Assembly (NCBI GenBank): GCA_001275005.1
Contig: JWZX01002732.1
Span: 1-45,189, forward strand
DNA: 45,189 nt
DNA from: Chrysochromulina tobinii
Taxonomy: Eukaryota
Reading direction: 5' to 3'
Each line of letters opens with the position of its first letter. Within the stretch, counting starts at the first letter, position 1. Position numbers and translations under genes: made by a program. The notes under the pieces are model-generated. The model was not told where the DNA came from and made no database searches. It saw only the letters and a program-made list of their open reading frames with translations. Of the stretch, positions 9,704 to 19,895 are shown in pieces.

Positions 9704-11314
9704 ATGCTACTCCGCCGCTACTCCGGCATCTCCCAGCTGCTTCGCCACCGGGCAGCCACGCCCAGCACGATACGGCGCATGTTGCTTTCCTCGGTACAGC
9801 GTATCGCGCTCCCAGGACGTGTCCTCTCCTCTGACGTGCCAGCTCCATCAAGAGCACCGACCCCACCAGTCCATAAAAACAAGGGAGCAGTCGATGAACG
9901 CGAAGTGTTGGAGTTCCTCTCGGCCGTATCATCGAGGCAGCAGCAGCAGCAGAATGGTGCGGACGATCACGCGACGGCGCCTTCTACGGCCGGCGCATCC
10001 CTTTTCGGCGCGGATGGCCGCGAGCTCCTTGCGCGGCTGCGGCACCACAAGCAGCCCGACCTCACTTGGAAAGTGTACACGCGCCTACGCGACGCGGGGG
10101 CGCTCAGCGCAGCTGACTACAATGAATTCCTCTACGTGATGAGCTTCTCGCCTTCCTTCAATCACGCCGCACGCGTTCGCCTCCTCGAGGAGGACATGCG
10201 GATGGCGGGCGTGCTCGACGAGGCCGACGCGTTCCAGGTGAGCTCGATCATCCGTGCACGCGCGCGAGACAACGACCTCGCCGGCGCGACTGCTGCCTTC
10301 GACGCCTTGCAGAACGCCGCCAAGATCCGCAACCGACCACTACCTCACTGGGTAGTCATCAGCTACCTCGGCGCGTGCGCGCGCGCAGGAGATGCGACGC
10401 GTGCTCTTGAGCTGCATGGCACGTATTTTGCCGCGCATCTGAGCCCGCCCGCGAGCGACAGCCCCGACCGCACGGCGCAGTACGAGCGCGCGCGCCTGTC
10501 CCTCGCTCTCGTGATGAGCGCCCTTGCGAGGAGCGGCGAGGGCGAGCGCGCGGAGCAACTGCTTGACGAGGCGCTCGCGCGCGGCACGACACTACTGCCC
10601 AATCACGTCAACGCACTGCTCCTCGCGTGTGTGCGCGCCTCGGACAGCGATGAAGCCCTGCGTGTCTTCGAGGCGCGCTTTGGCGCTGCGGGGGCGCCTC
10701 CACCGGACGAGTTAAGTTATATGCTGCTGCTCAAGGCGTGCGTGTCGAGCGGCGACATGGCGACAGCACTCGAGGTGCGTCACCGCGCTGTGGAAGCGGG
10801 CGTGACGCTCGGCTCACAGGTGGATCTGTCAGTGATTCGCGGCTTTGTGGAGGCGGGCGAGATGGGCAGTGCCTGGCGCGTGTACGAGCAAGCGCGCGAG
10901 GCTCGCGGTACGCCTAACCTCACCATCGTCGAGACTCTCACCCGAGCGTGCTGGACCGCGAGCCAGGATGCCGTGGACGATGCTGAGCGTGCCATGTGGA
11001 TGGAGCGCGCGGTAAGCCTTTTCGCCGACGGGCAAGGCTTAGTCGAGCGCCGGATGACCTTGGGGAGCGCCGAGCGCCATGCTCTGCCTGGGGTGCCTGG
11101 CACCGGAGCTCACGACGGCATCGGTGACGTCGCTCTCGACGGCGACTGGGGAGCTGAGGATCACGGGCGGCAGCGACCGCAGTCGGGGCATGGCGGCGCC
11201 AGGGTCAGTGCATGGCCGAATATCGACAGGGAACCAGAGACGGCCCCGAAACGCCGCTCGAAGGGTACAAAAGGCCCACGGCGTCCTTCAACCATCGAGG
11301 CCGGGCGGCGATGA
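9704..11314 (+). CDS. Pentatricopeptide-repeat (PPR) protein, probably organelle-targeted
   Basis: Helical repeats of about 35 aa: SSIIRARARDNDLAGATAAFD, SYLGACARAGDATRALEL, VNALLLACVRASDSDEALRVF, PPPDELSYMLLLKACVSSGD, SVIRGFVEAGEMGSAWRVY. The N-terminus is Arg/Ser/Leu-rich and acid-poor, like a mitochondrial presequence. Confidence 0.85.
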   Translation: MLLRRYSGISQLLRHRAATPSTIRRMLLSSVQRIALPGRVLSSDVPAPSRAPTPPVHKNKGAVDEREVLEFLSAVSSRQQQQQNGADDHATAPSTAGASLFGADGRELLARLRHHKQPDLTWKVYTRLRDAGALSAADYNEFLYVMSFSPSFNHAARVRLLEEDMRMAGVLDEADAFQVSSIIRARARDNDLAGATAAFDALQNAAKIRNRPLPHWVVISYLGACARAGDATRALELHGTYFAAHLSPPASDSPDRTAQYERARLSLALVMSALARSGEGERAEQLLDEALARGTTLLPNHVNALLLACVRASDSDEALRVFEARFGAAGAPPPDELSYMLLLKACVSSGDMATALEVRHRAVEAGVTLGSQVDLSVIRGFVEAGEMGSAWRVYEQAREARGTPNLTIVETLTRACWTASQDAVDDAERAMWMERAVSLFADGQGLVERRMTLGSAERHALPGVPGTGAHDGIGDVALDGDWGAEDHGRQRPQSGHGGARVSAWPNIDREPETAPKRRSKGTKGPRRPSTIEAGRR

Positions 11315-11615
11315 GTCAGGCCCATGAAGAATGATCTGTGGCGTGAAACATTGCGCAATTGCGTGTACTTGAAAAGTAATAACCAAAACGGCGCTCTTCC
11401 GTTGCGCGCCCTCTCTCGTCTCTCCTCTGAAGAGAGCGGCCGCTCCTCAAGTGTTTGAGGACCTGCATAGAGGCCACAGAAGAGGCCGCGATGAATCCTC
11501 AGATCACATGTGCGCCACGGCCGGCGCATCCGTTCCTGCTTCATGCGCGCTCACACGCTTCCGCTCATCCATTTGCACCCTGCTCCCATCAACCGCAGAC
11601 ACGCCGCAGCAGCAG

Positions 11616-12583
11616 ATGGGATACGGAGGCTTCTCAGTGCCCTGCCGTGTGGGCAACTGGGCGGAGGACGAGTACCTGCAGGCGCTGAAGACGCAGGAGC
11701 ACTTTGCCAAAGAGAGTGTCGGCATGCTCACCAGCCAGATGCTCTCGAGCACCCTCAACAGTGCTCTGGCCCCTGTAACGCTCGCGCCGGCACCCGCAGA
11801 TGGTGCCCTCAAATTTGGCGACACCATAATGTGCGCGTCGCCGCTCTCGCCGCCGTCGAAGACACTTCTTCCTGTCTTATCGCCGCCCCTGCCGCCGACG
11901 CCGACGCCCTTGTTGTCACTGGCGCCGCCGCCGCGCATGCGCCACTCACGAACCACTCGCGCGATCGGATCATGGTTGGCAGGCTGAGTGCGGCGCAAGG
12001 CGGAGTCGTTGCCTTCGACACGGCTAATCGGGTCGATTTGGCTCAGGAGGCATATGCCGTCACGCGCACGGGTGAAGCGAACGCCGTCGCTTGCAAGCGC
12101 ACTGCTTGGACCGTCACTCCGCTCGCGGGCGGGCCAAAGGATGGCCTCCTGCGCATCGGCATGCCCTTTGCGCTCTCATGCACGGGTGCCGACGGCAGAA
12201 CGCTCTACCTGCAGTCCCAGCGGTACACGCTGCACAACCAGAACTATGCGGGCTCTGGCGGTTCTGGCTCGCTCGCCGTGGTCGTTCCTGCCCTCTCGGC
12301 CGACACCGTCTGGAAGGTGGTCGTGCTCGACCCTTCAGATCTCGCACAGCTCGAGAGCATGAACCAGCCAGTGCCCGCCAATACGTACGTCTCGCTACAG
12401 CACGCAAACACTTGCTCATTGCTCTACACCGCAACCGACAAGTTCGTCAAAAACAAGTACAACGGTGAGTACCTCGTCAGCGTACTGACTGACACGTCGA
12501 TCAATAAGGGCGTCTGGGGCAAGCGCATCGGCGCCGCTGTCGGCGCGGGCAACCACTTTGCCTTCACCACTGCATCGGCGTGA
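11616..12583 (+). CDS. CFAP161: Cilia- and flagella-associated protein 161 (C15orf26-like); exons 11616-11830, 11983-12583
   Basis: N-terminus GFSVPCRVGNWAEDEYLQ...ALAPVTLAP..DGALKFGDTIM resembles the CFAP161 RIGNWNED...DGYIHYGD pattern. Intron GTGCGC(11831)...TGGCAG(11982) joins in frame to the 11510-12583 ORF, which ends in GNHFAFTTA. Confidence 0.82.
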
Positions 12584-13246
12584 GCGGTGGCTCAGACGCG
12601 CTGCTCTGAGTGGACCGAGTTCACACCTCGCTTCGTGGGTTCACGGCCTCTAGTCGATAGGGCTCCCTTCTATGATGAGTTCCTCGGCGCGCACCGACAC
12701 GCCGCTGTGCGGCTGCGCTGGCGCGCACGGCCGTCGGCCCCGCCGCCGGGGCGCACGCGGATACTTTTGTATGTTCAGCCTGCTTGTTTTTTATCGCGTC
12801 GTTTCACTGTCGGTAACCGTGCTTCTGCCGTACTAGGTTGACACACAACTCTACCCGCGCGCACGACCGCGGGCGCGTGCGTGCAGGTGCACCGGTGCAC
12901 GGCCGCTCGCGGCGGGCCGCGACCTAACCGCGGGTCCCTCCCGGTGGACTCTCAGTGACAGCCAACACCGTCCCGGCGAGATCCGCGCGGCCCGCCACGA
13001 TAATCACACGACAATCATGATGGACATCGCCTGCGGGTGGCGACCGTGGCGGGGATTGCCGCCGCGCACGCGACAACCGCGTCCGCACACCCTTCTCGTG
13101 GCGAGCATGCCCCCAGACGCTCTGCATCCCCTGTACTCCACCCCGCGCACCCTCAACCCACACTCGGGGCACCCGCAGACCTCGGTTCATTTCAACCAAC
13201 TGTTGCTGTGTCCTGCAATCACCCAGTCCGCTACCACTCAGCAGGC

Positions 13247-14359
13247 TCATGCCACATCAGGAGCTTCACTGACTGGGCCAGGCCATCGAGCCACAAAGCA
13301 GATGCAGTCATACTCCATCAAATACATGGAGCGAACGTTGCGCACGTATGGGCAGCGGTGCCACGATTCGTGCTCGATGACGAAGCCTGCGTCGATAATG
13401 AGGGCCCTGACCTCTGCCCAGGTGAGGTCGACGCTCACTTCGTCGGGTGTGTCCGTGTAATGCCAGAGTAGAGGCCCGAGGTTGACCCACGCACCCCCCG
13501 GCACGAGGATCTGGCGGAATAGACGGATGTACTCGACGATGTTGTGAGCTGTGTCGATGAAGAACATGCTGAGCACCGCCTCCCACTGGGCTTGCTGCTC
13601 GCGGTACACCTCAACAAAGTCGCCCGCACACATCGAAAGCCTGGCAGCCGCATCCAGCGACCATGGTTCAACGTCAGGCACCGCGCACGCGCGCGCCTGG
13701 TCCTCGTACGTCTTACAGTTGCACGTCTGCAGCACCCATGGGTGAACGTTGACCGAACCATGCGGCTGTAACGAGTTCAACACGAAGTTGGACGCGATGA
13801 GCATGAAGTAGGAGAACTCGGAGGCCTGCGACGTGAAGCCACGGCGGGCGACCTCCCATGCGAGCCGGCCGAGGCCTGCGCCAGGCACGAGCACGCGCGC
13901 GCCGCGCACAGCGCCACCCGGCAGCGCGCGCTCGAGCGCAGCGAGCAGCGGTGCTTGGGCAGCTTCGCGCTCGGCGGCGCCCTCAGCGCTCCACTCTCGC
14001 ACAAACTGCTTGATGGTCGACTGCAGCTTCTCCATGTCCGACTCCAGCGGCCGACCGGCTGGCATGAGACCCGCCTGCTCCTCGATGGCGCCAATATGCG
14101 CACGGTGAGGCCCAATGATGAGCGCGAGCACCTCCGCGTTCTGCCGCACCGCGGCGCGCAGGGCCGTCACCTTGGCGTCGATCTCAAGCAGCTGCTGGTG
14201 CGCCGGGCTCAGCCGGCGGAAATCGGCTTCGACGCGGCTCAGTCGCGCGCTCGCCCAGCGCTCGTAGTAATCGAAGGCACGCAGAACGGAGGCAAAGTGC
14301 TGGCGCTCTTTGAACCCTTCCACGTCCTCCTCGCGCTCATCGCCACGTTCATCGGCCAT
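13247..14359 (-). CDS. CARNMT1: Carnosine N-methyltransferase (N2227-like) family SAM-dependent methyltransferase
   Basis: DMEKLQSTIKQFVREWSAEGAAER, RVLVPGAGLGRLAWE, EFSYFMLIAS, SMCAGDFVEVY, FFIDTAHNIVEY, GGAWVNLGPLLWH. ATG at 14359 (MADER). Confidence 0.92.
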   Translation of the reverse strand: MADERGDEREEDVEGFKERQHFASVLRAFDYYERWASARLSRVEADFRRLSPAHQQLLEIDAKVTALRAAVRQNAEVLALIIGPHRAHIGAIEEQAGLMPAGRPLESDMEKLQSTIKQFVREWSAEGAAEREAAQAPLLAALERALPGGAVRGARVLVPGAGLGRLAWEVARRGFTSQASEFSYFMLIASNFVLNSLQPHGSVNVHPWVLQTCNCKTYEDQARACAVPDVEPWSLDAAARLSMCAGDFVEVYREQQAQWEAVLSMFFIDTAHNIVEYIRLFRQILVPGGAWVNLGPLLWHYTDTPDEVSVDLTWAEVRALIIDAGFVIEHESWHRCPYVRNVRSMYLMEYDCICFVARWPGPVSEAPDVA

Positions 14360-14469
14360 GTGTTTCGTACGTGGCCGGGGGCGAACACGAAGAACGTGAA
14401 TAGGTATATTTTTAGTGTTGACGAAACGATTTCTCACTTTTGCATTTGATAATTACATGAATGTGAAAA

Positions 14470-14502
14470 CGCCCACTTTTCACGCCCACTTTTCGCGCCC
14501 AC
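14470..14502 (+). promoter_or_regulatory. 13-bp repeat x2.5 (CGCCCACTTTTCR) containing an E2F-like site TTTCGCGC (14491-14498) in the CARNMT1/RecQ bidirectional promoter
   Basis: Repeat directly visible; matches the TTTSSCGC consensus. Confidence 0.4.
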
Positions 14503-14576
14503 GCTCGAAGTTCAAGCGCGTTTCATCGGCGTGCGACAGAAGTCCGACGCGCGTCGCAAGCGAATCGTCCATCCGG

Positions 14577-17500
14577 ATGGCCACCTGGACGTGCATTGAG
14601 TGCGACTTCGTGAATTGCACCGCTGTGTCTGTGTGCGACGGTTGTGACTACGGGCGTCCACCACTCCCTTCAGATGGCCCGTCAGTCACTGTGCGGTCGC
14701 CATTGCAGCCACTTTGCCAGCAGCCAGCGCCCCGCCTGCAACCGCCTGCGTTCAAGTCTCCCTTGTCGAGCGTAGACCAATGCGCGCTGGCATCAGCAAC
14801 CTCGTCATGTGCGCTCGAAGCCGCTCTGTCCGCATCATCCGCCGCACGGACAGCTGCACCTGCAGTGCATCCCCAGCTGCAGCCGCAGCTGCGTACATCC
14901 CCGGCTCCCATCAATAGGGCCACCAACGCTGGCGCCGCAACTCTTGAGACGGATGGCGAGGCCTTTGCTGGCGACGGCTACCCTTGGAGTGCTGAAGCGG
15001 ACCTTGCCAACCGTACCGTGTTTGGGAGCGACAGTGTGCTGCGCCCGCTGCAGCGGCAAGTGGTGAATGCGGTCATGAGCCGTCGCAACCTGCTCGTAGT
15101 GCTGCCGACGGGTGCTGGCAAGAGCCGGTGTTTCCAGCTACCTGCCCTCCTCTCTTCAGGGCTGACCGTAGTCGTCGCACCGCTACTCTCGCTCATCACA
15201 GATCAGATCGAGGCGCTCGCGCGTCACTCCGTCCGTGCGCTGCACCTGAGCTCCCACCAGTCTGTCGAGGAGACGGCCGCTACCTTTGCCGAATTGCGCC
15301 ACGTTCCGCCGACAGCTAAGTTGCTATACGTGACTCCCGAGCGCCTGCAGCAGTCGGTGCATCTTTCCAACTGCCTTCAAAGGCTGCATGAGCATCAGCT
15401 GCTGGAACGCATCGTCATCGACGAATGCCACTGCGTGATCTCATGGGGAAAGGACTTCCGTCCCGATTATCTTGCCCTTGGTGCGTGGCGCTCACAGTTC
15501 GCGGGCGTTCCCTGCACGCTGCTGAGCGCGACGTTGCCGCCGTCGATGCGTCACGAGCTTCTTGCGACCCTCGAGATAGAGCCGTCAGCCATCGTCACCG
15601 TGTCCGCTGCCCTCGACCGCCCAAACCTCTTCTACCAGGTGCTGCCGAAGCTCTCAGCTCGTGCGGCCGCCGACCAGGTCGCCACGGCGCTCAAGGCGGC
15701 ACCCGAGGGCGGGCGCTGCACAATCATTTACTGCCACTCGCAGAGTGAAACCGAGCGCGTGTGCGACGCGCTGCAGGCGCGCGGCCTCCGAGCGGCGTAC
15801 TACCATGCGCAGGTCGACCCAGAGGTCAAGAACCTGCACCACCGCCAGTGGATGAGTGGTGAGGTCGAGGTGATGGTCGCGACGAGCGCATTTGGCATGG
15901 GCGTTCACAAGGACGATGTGCGCTACGTGATCCACTGGAGCCTTCCAGACTCGATCATCTCGCTGTACCAAGAGTGGGGTCGTGCGGGCCGCGACGGGCA
16001 GCCGGCTCGTTGTCTACTTCTGTACACGTACCGCGACAAGGGCCGCGTGGAGTCGCTTCAGCGGCGCAGCACCCGTGACCTGAAGCCGCGACTGGCAAGG
16101 CTCTTGGAGCTGGTCGAAATGTGCGAGGAGCAATCGGCCTGCCGTCGCGCGCCGATTCTCGCCGCGCTCGGCCAGCCATATGCATGCACGCGCTGTGACG
16201 ACGGCTGCGACAACTGCGCGTCTGATGAGCCACTCCTGCAGGAGGATGTGAGCATGCCCGCGGCCGCGGCCCTTCGCGCCGTTCACCGCATGCCGGGCGC
16301 CCTCTCCTTTGGCCAGCTCGAGAAGATTCTGCGCGGTAGCCGCGAGAAGAAGCTCGTTGCCGACGGCCACGATACGCTGCCCGAGCATGGTGCATCCAAA
16401 AGCTTGGGCCGCTCTGCACTCTCTCGCATGCTTCGGCTCCTCATCGCCCGACGGCTGCTGCGCGAGGACTGTCTGCCGTCCTCGCATGGGGGCTTCTCAT
16501 CTCGGCTGCAGCTGGGACCGTGCGCAGGACAGCTGTGGGGCGTGTCCGAGGCGGCCCCGGGCGACACGCGAGGCGAGTTTTCAGTCCACGACGAGCCGCA
16601 TCGCGGCGTGATCCAGCTTAGCGTACGCGGCTCGATCTGCAAGAAGGCTCCCAGGAGAGCGCGTGGCAAGGCGCAGGCCGAGTCGAGTGACGAAGAAGAC
16701 GACGATGAAGATGACGACGATGAGGAGGAGGATAAAGAGCACGCTGGACGTGGAGATGAAGGTTCGATTTGCGATGCGCCTTGCGCCGAGGAGCTGCGGC
16801 AGCTCTTCGAGTTTTCGCAGTCAGCGGGCGCCTTCGAGCCGTGCGCCTTGCATTGCGGCGGCCGAGGGGCGTGCTTTCACCGTAGCCTGCGAAAGCCCAC
16901 GCCCACGTGGCCCTCGTCGAGTCGGCTGAGTCTGGGCTGGCGCCGCTCCGATGGAGCAGGGGCACCGGTGCCATCAGTGTTGGTCAATACCGACGATCCT
17001 AGCGGACTGACCGCCAAGCGACCGCGGTCGCACGAGGACGCATCCGAGATCGGCATCAACTCGCACATGCCGCCGCCGCCGCCGCTGCCGCTGCCACCGC
17101 CATCGTCCCTGATGCCGCCCCCGCCCCCGCCGCCACCCTCGGCAGCAGCAGGGCATCGATCGCAACGGCGGCGCTCGGAGGGTGGCGTTTCGCCGATTGC
17201 GTCCATTGCGACACCGGGGGGGCTGCTGATGGATTTTGGGTCGCATCTCGAGCGGGGAACACCCTTTGCCGACACGCCGAACCTGCGAGGGCGGGGCAAT
17301 CCTCTCCCGGGGGCCACGCCATCCTCCTCAGCTATGGTTCTGACGCCAACCTCTCAGGCCTCCTCAGTCAGCTCGACTCCGCACAGCCAGGGCGGCGGGA
17401 GGCAGGATCCGGCCACCGTCGCACGCATCTGCGAGCTGGGACTCGCTCAGGTCTCCGTCACAGAGATCGATAAGACACTGCACCGTGAGGGCCATAAGAC

Positions 17501-17648
17501 GTCCTCTGGCACGCGCTGGCCAGCAAAGAACGATGGACGTGTGGTCGTGCGCATTCTGCTCAACAGCAGCATCACACCTGTCAGTGGCGACGTGCGAATT
17601 GTGCGATACGTGCAGGAGTATGAGGGCAAGCTCAAGAGTAAAAGCTAG
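14577..17648 (+). CDS. RecQ-family DNA helicase (BLM/RecQ1-like) with N-terminal RanBP2-type zinc finger, RQC domain and atypical C-terminal HTH-like domain
   Basis: WTCIECDFVN...CDGC zinc finger; LPTGAGKSRCFQLPA, LLYVTPER, VIDECHCVISWGKDFRPDY, LSAT, DRPNLFY, VATSAFGMGVHKDDVRYVIH, YQEWGRAGRDG; RQC zinc site CRRAPIL...CDNC followed by a winged-helix region. ATG 14577. Confidence 0.93.
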   Translation: MATWTCIECDFVNCTAVSVCDGCDYGRPPLPSDGPSVTVRSPLQPLCQQPAPRLQPPAFKSPLSSVDQCALASATSSCALEAALSASSAARTAAPAVHPQLQPQLRTSPAPINRATNAGAATLETDGEAFAGDGYPWSAEADLANRTVFGSDSVLRPLQRQVVNAVMSRRNLLVVLPTGAGKSRCFQLPALLSSGLTVVVAPLLSLITDQIEALARHSVRALHLSSHQSVEETAATFAELRHVPPTAKLLYVTPERLQQSVHLSNCLQRLHEHQLLERIVIDECHCVISWGKDFRPDYLALGAWRSQFAGVPCTLLSATLPPSMRHELLATLEIEPSAIVTVSAALDRPNLFYQVLPKLSARAAADQVATALKAAPEGGRCTIIYCHSQSETERVCDALQARGLRAAYYHAQVDPEVKNLHHRQWMSGEVEVMVATSAFGMGVHKDDVRYVIHWSLPDSIISLYQEWGRAGRDGQPARCLLLYTYRDKGRVESLQRRSTRDLKPRLARLLELVEMCEEQSACRRAPILAALGQPYACTRCDDGCDNCASDEPLLQEDVSMPAAAALRAVHRMPGALSFGQLEKILRGSREKKLVADGHDTLPEHGASKSLGRSALSRMLRLLIARRLLREDCLPSSHGGFSSRLQLGPCAGQLWGVSEAAPGDTRGEFSVHDEPHRGVIQLSVRGSICKKAPRRARGKAQAESSDEEDDDEDDDDEEEDKEHAGRGDEGSICDAPCAEELRQLFEFSQSAGAFEPCALHCGGRGACFHRSLRKPTPTWPSSSRLSLGWRRSDGAGAPVPSVLVNTDDPSGLTAKRPRSHEDASEIGINSHMPPPPPLPLPPPSSLMPPPPPPPPSAAAGHRSQRRRSEGGVSPIASIATPGGLLMDFGSHLERGTPFADTPNLRGRGNPLPGATPSSSAMVLTPTSQASSVSSTPHSQGGGRQDPATVARICELGLAQVSVTEIDKTLHREGHKTSSGTRWPAKNDGRVVVRILLNSSITPVSGDVRIVRYVQEYEGKLKSKS

Positions 17649-18023
17649 CCTTTCGCGCGCCGCCAGATCGTACACTGTAAGATTACAGTCGGTTTAGACG
17701 ATCGTGCCGGCGTATTGTTGCCCTATTGAGATCGTGTTCGACACCGGCGCCCGGGGGCGTCCACGTCCCGGTAGCCGTGCGGTACCGTAAACGCGCATGA
17801 GTAACCATTTACGCGAATACGTTATAATTTAATAGGGAGATCGGAACTCACCACGCAGTACTTGACCCGGTGTCAACTCAGACACGTCATGTACAACCCC
17901 AGGACCCCGTAGGGCAGGTACAAGCTACAACGAAACAACCGCCCTAAGCGCTCAAAGGAAGATCGAAGCTAGGGGGCCGAACGTGGACCTAAAACCTAAA
18001 GCCGCACTGACCCTACGTAAATC

Positions 18024-19895
18024 CTACTGCTCCGCTCCGGTTGGCTCCGCGTCTAGCAGCACGCTTTCGTCCTCAAACGAGGCGGTGGCGTTGACGGGGG
18101 CGTCGTGCATGGAAGCCACAACAGTGCTTGAAGCTTGCTTCAAAAGCGGTACGCGCACAGGAGTGAAGGGCTCCGAGGCATCGCGAGCCACTTTCTGGAC
18201 GCCCCGTAAGGCCAACGAGGTCCGCTGCACAGCGCTGGGCTGCAGTGCTAGGCCGCCGCCTAGCTGCTGGGCTCGGTACGCCTCATGGGAGGCAGAGCCC
18301 GACTCGGCGCGAGCATGCATGCCCCTCGTGCGAATCTGGACTTCGACGACGCGACCATCATCGAGCCGCAAATTGGTGTGGATGCTCTGATATCCATTTG
18401 GCTTGGGCTTCGTGACGAAGTCCTGCCAGGCAAACGTGACGGAAGTGGTGTGGAGCTCTCAGATGCGAGTGCATGCAAGGTCGGGTTCGAGCGGAGTCGG
18501 ACCTTGAAGCGGCCGGATTCCTCCCTCCACAAGCGGATGATCTGTCGGTGGGAAGCATGGCAAAGCAGAACCTCCATCTCCTCAGCTGTGACAGTTCGGC
18601 CCAAGAGGTTTTGCAGCATCTCCACCGCGGTGGGGCTCGGTGTCAGCACGACACGCAACCCCATGATGTCACGTACGGTGTCGATATTCTTTTCGCCGGG
18701 AGTACTGCGCAAGAGCTTTCGAAAGGTCGATGGCACCGTCTTGATCCGCGACGTGACTTCCACTGACTGCAGCAGCCCCGTAAGCGATGGAGCCTCCAAC
18801 AGCTGCGCCTCCAATGCCTCGCGAAGGTGACGCACCACGCTGTCTCCATCAGGCCAAACCTGCTGGTACCATGACTGCAGCTTTCGCATGCTATCTGGGT
18901 AAAGCTTGCGGTACGCAAGAGTCTCAAGCTCCGAAAATGCAGCGCCAAAGCCGACAGCATGAGCCAGGGGCGCATACAGCTGGATCGCCTCGATGGCCAG
19001 CGCCTGCTGCTCAGCGACCGACCGCAGGCTAGCAGCGCGCAGCCTCGTGAGCGCCGATCCGAGCAGCACGAGTAACGCACGTGGATCAGCGGTGCCACCA
19101 GCCGGCTCTGCGGAACCACCAGGTCCAGGTGTCGCGATAGCCGCAACCAATACACCGCGCACCTGCAGGGCTGAAAAGTCGTCTTTCAGATCGGGGACGC
19201 ATGCCTGAAGAGCGCGCATGCGGCGCATCTGATCCAAAATAGATTCCACGTCCATCCGAAATGAGTCCGACATTGGCGTGGCAGGCCATGTCGGCGTGCG
19301 GTCGTTGATGACCTCCGAGAGCAGCGCCGCCCCGACGGTAGCCGCGTCCAGTCGCAGCAGCAAGAAGTCGCGTGCAGTGGTCACAGCAGCTACGACGGCT
19401 AGGCACTCCAGCGCTGGTGACGAGTCCAGAGGTATCACGCCACCACGCTGCTTCAACGCGTGTGCCTCGAGAGCTATAGCGCGTACCGCAAGAGAGACCG
19501 ACGCCAGCAACACGTGCAGACAAGCATACAAATTCTCACAGTCGCTGGCTGACAAGTGATCGACTGTATCACCAAATGAAGACCACAGATCGGCCTGGGG
19601 CAACGACTCACGCGAGAGGCCTGTAAGCGAGTGGGGTGAATGCACGGAAGGAGTCGCAAGAGCCGTCGGCCGAGCCGAGGACGCTGGGCCAACGAAGCTG
19701 AGCGCTCACCGCGGTCAATGCTGGTGGCAAGATAGGCAGCGGTTCATTCTCCTCCATGAGCTGCGTGGTGGGCGTGCTGCTGACTTCTGGCACGAATGGC
19801 GCTGTACACGGACTATAAGCTAGCATTCGGCATCCCTGCCCGGTATACTGCCGAGGTTGCACGATCAATGACAACCCGAGCAAGAGTGGACGCAT
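18024..19895 (-). CDS. RSH: RelA/SpoT homologue (RSH; (p)ppGpp synthetase) with degenerate HD domain, probably plastid-targeted; exons 19895-19710, 19594-18503, 18422-18024
   Basis: EAIQLYAPLAHAVG...ELETLAYRKLYP, SRIKTVPSTFRK, VRDIMGLRVVL. Intron 18502-18423 (GT...CAG) restores RFK-DFVTKPKPNGYQSIHT...VEVQIRTRGMHARAESGSASHEAYR. Intron 19709-19595 (GTGAGC...CCCCAG) links a hydrophobic signal-like N-terminus MRPLLLGLSLIV; this first exon is less certain. Confidence 0.88.

Noticed and set aside
12587..13250. Short ORFs between CFAP161 and CARNMT1
   Set aside because: Convergent 3' region with no motifs or consistent coding signal.
14415..14576. TTG-initiated N-terminal extension of RecQ, and similar non-ATG extensions given for CARNMT1, Wss1, CFAP99 and GT4
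   Set aside because: These are ORF-finder alternative starts running through promoter DNA. The first ATGs coincide with the start of conserved sequence.
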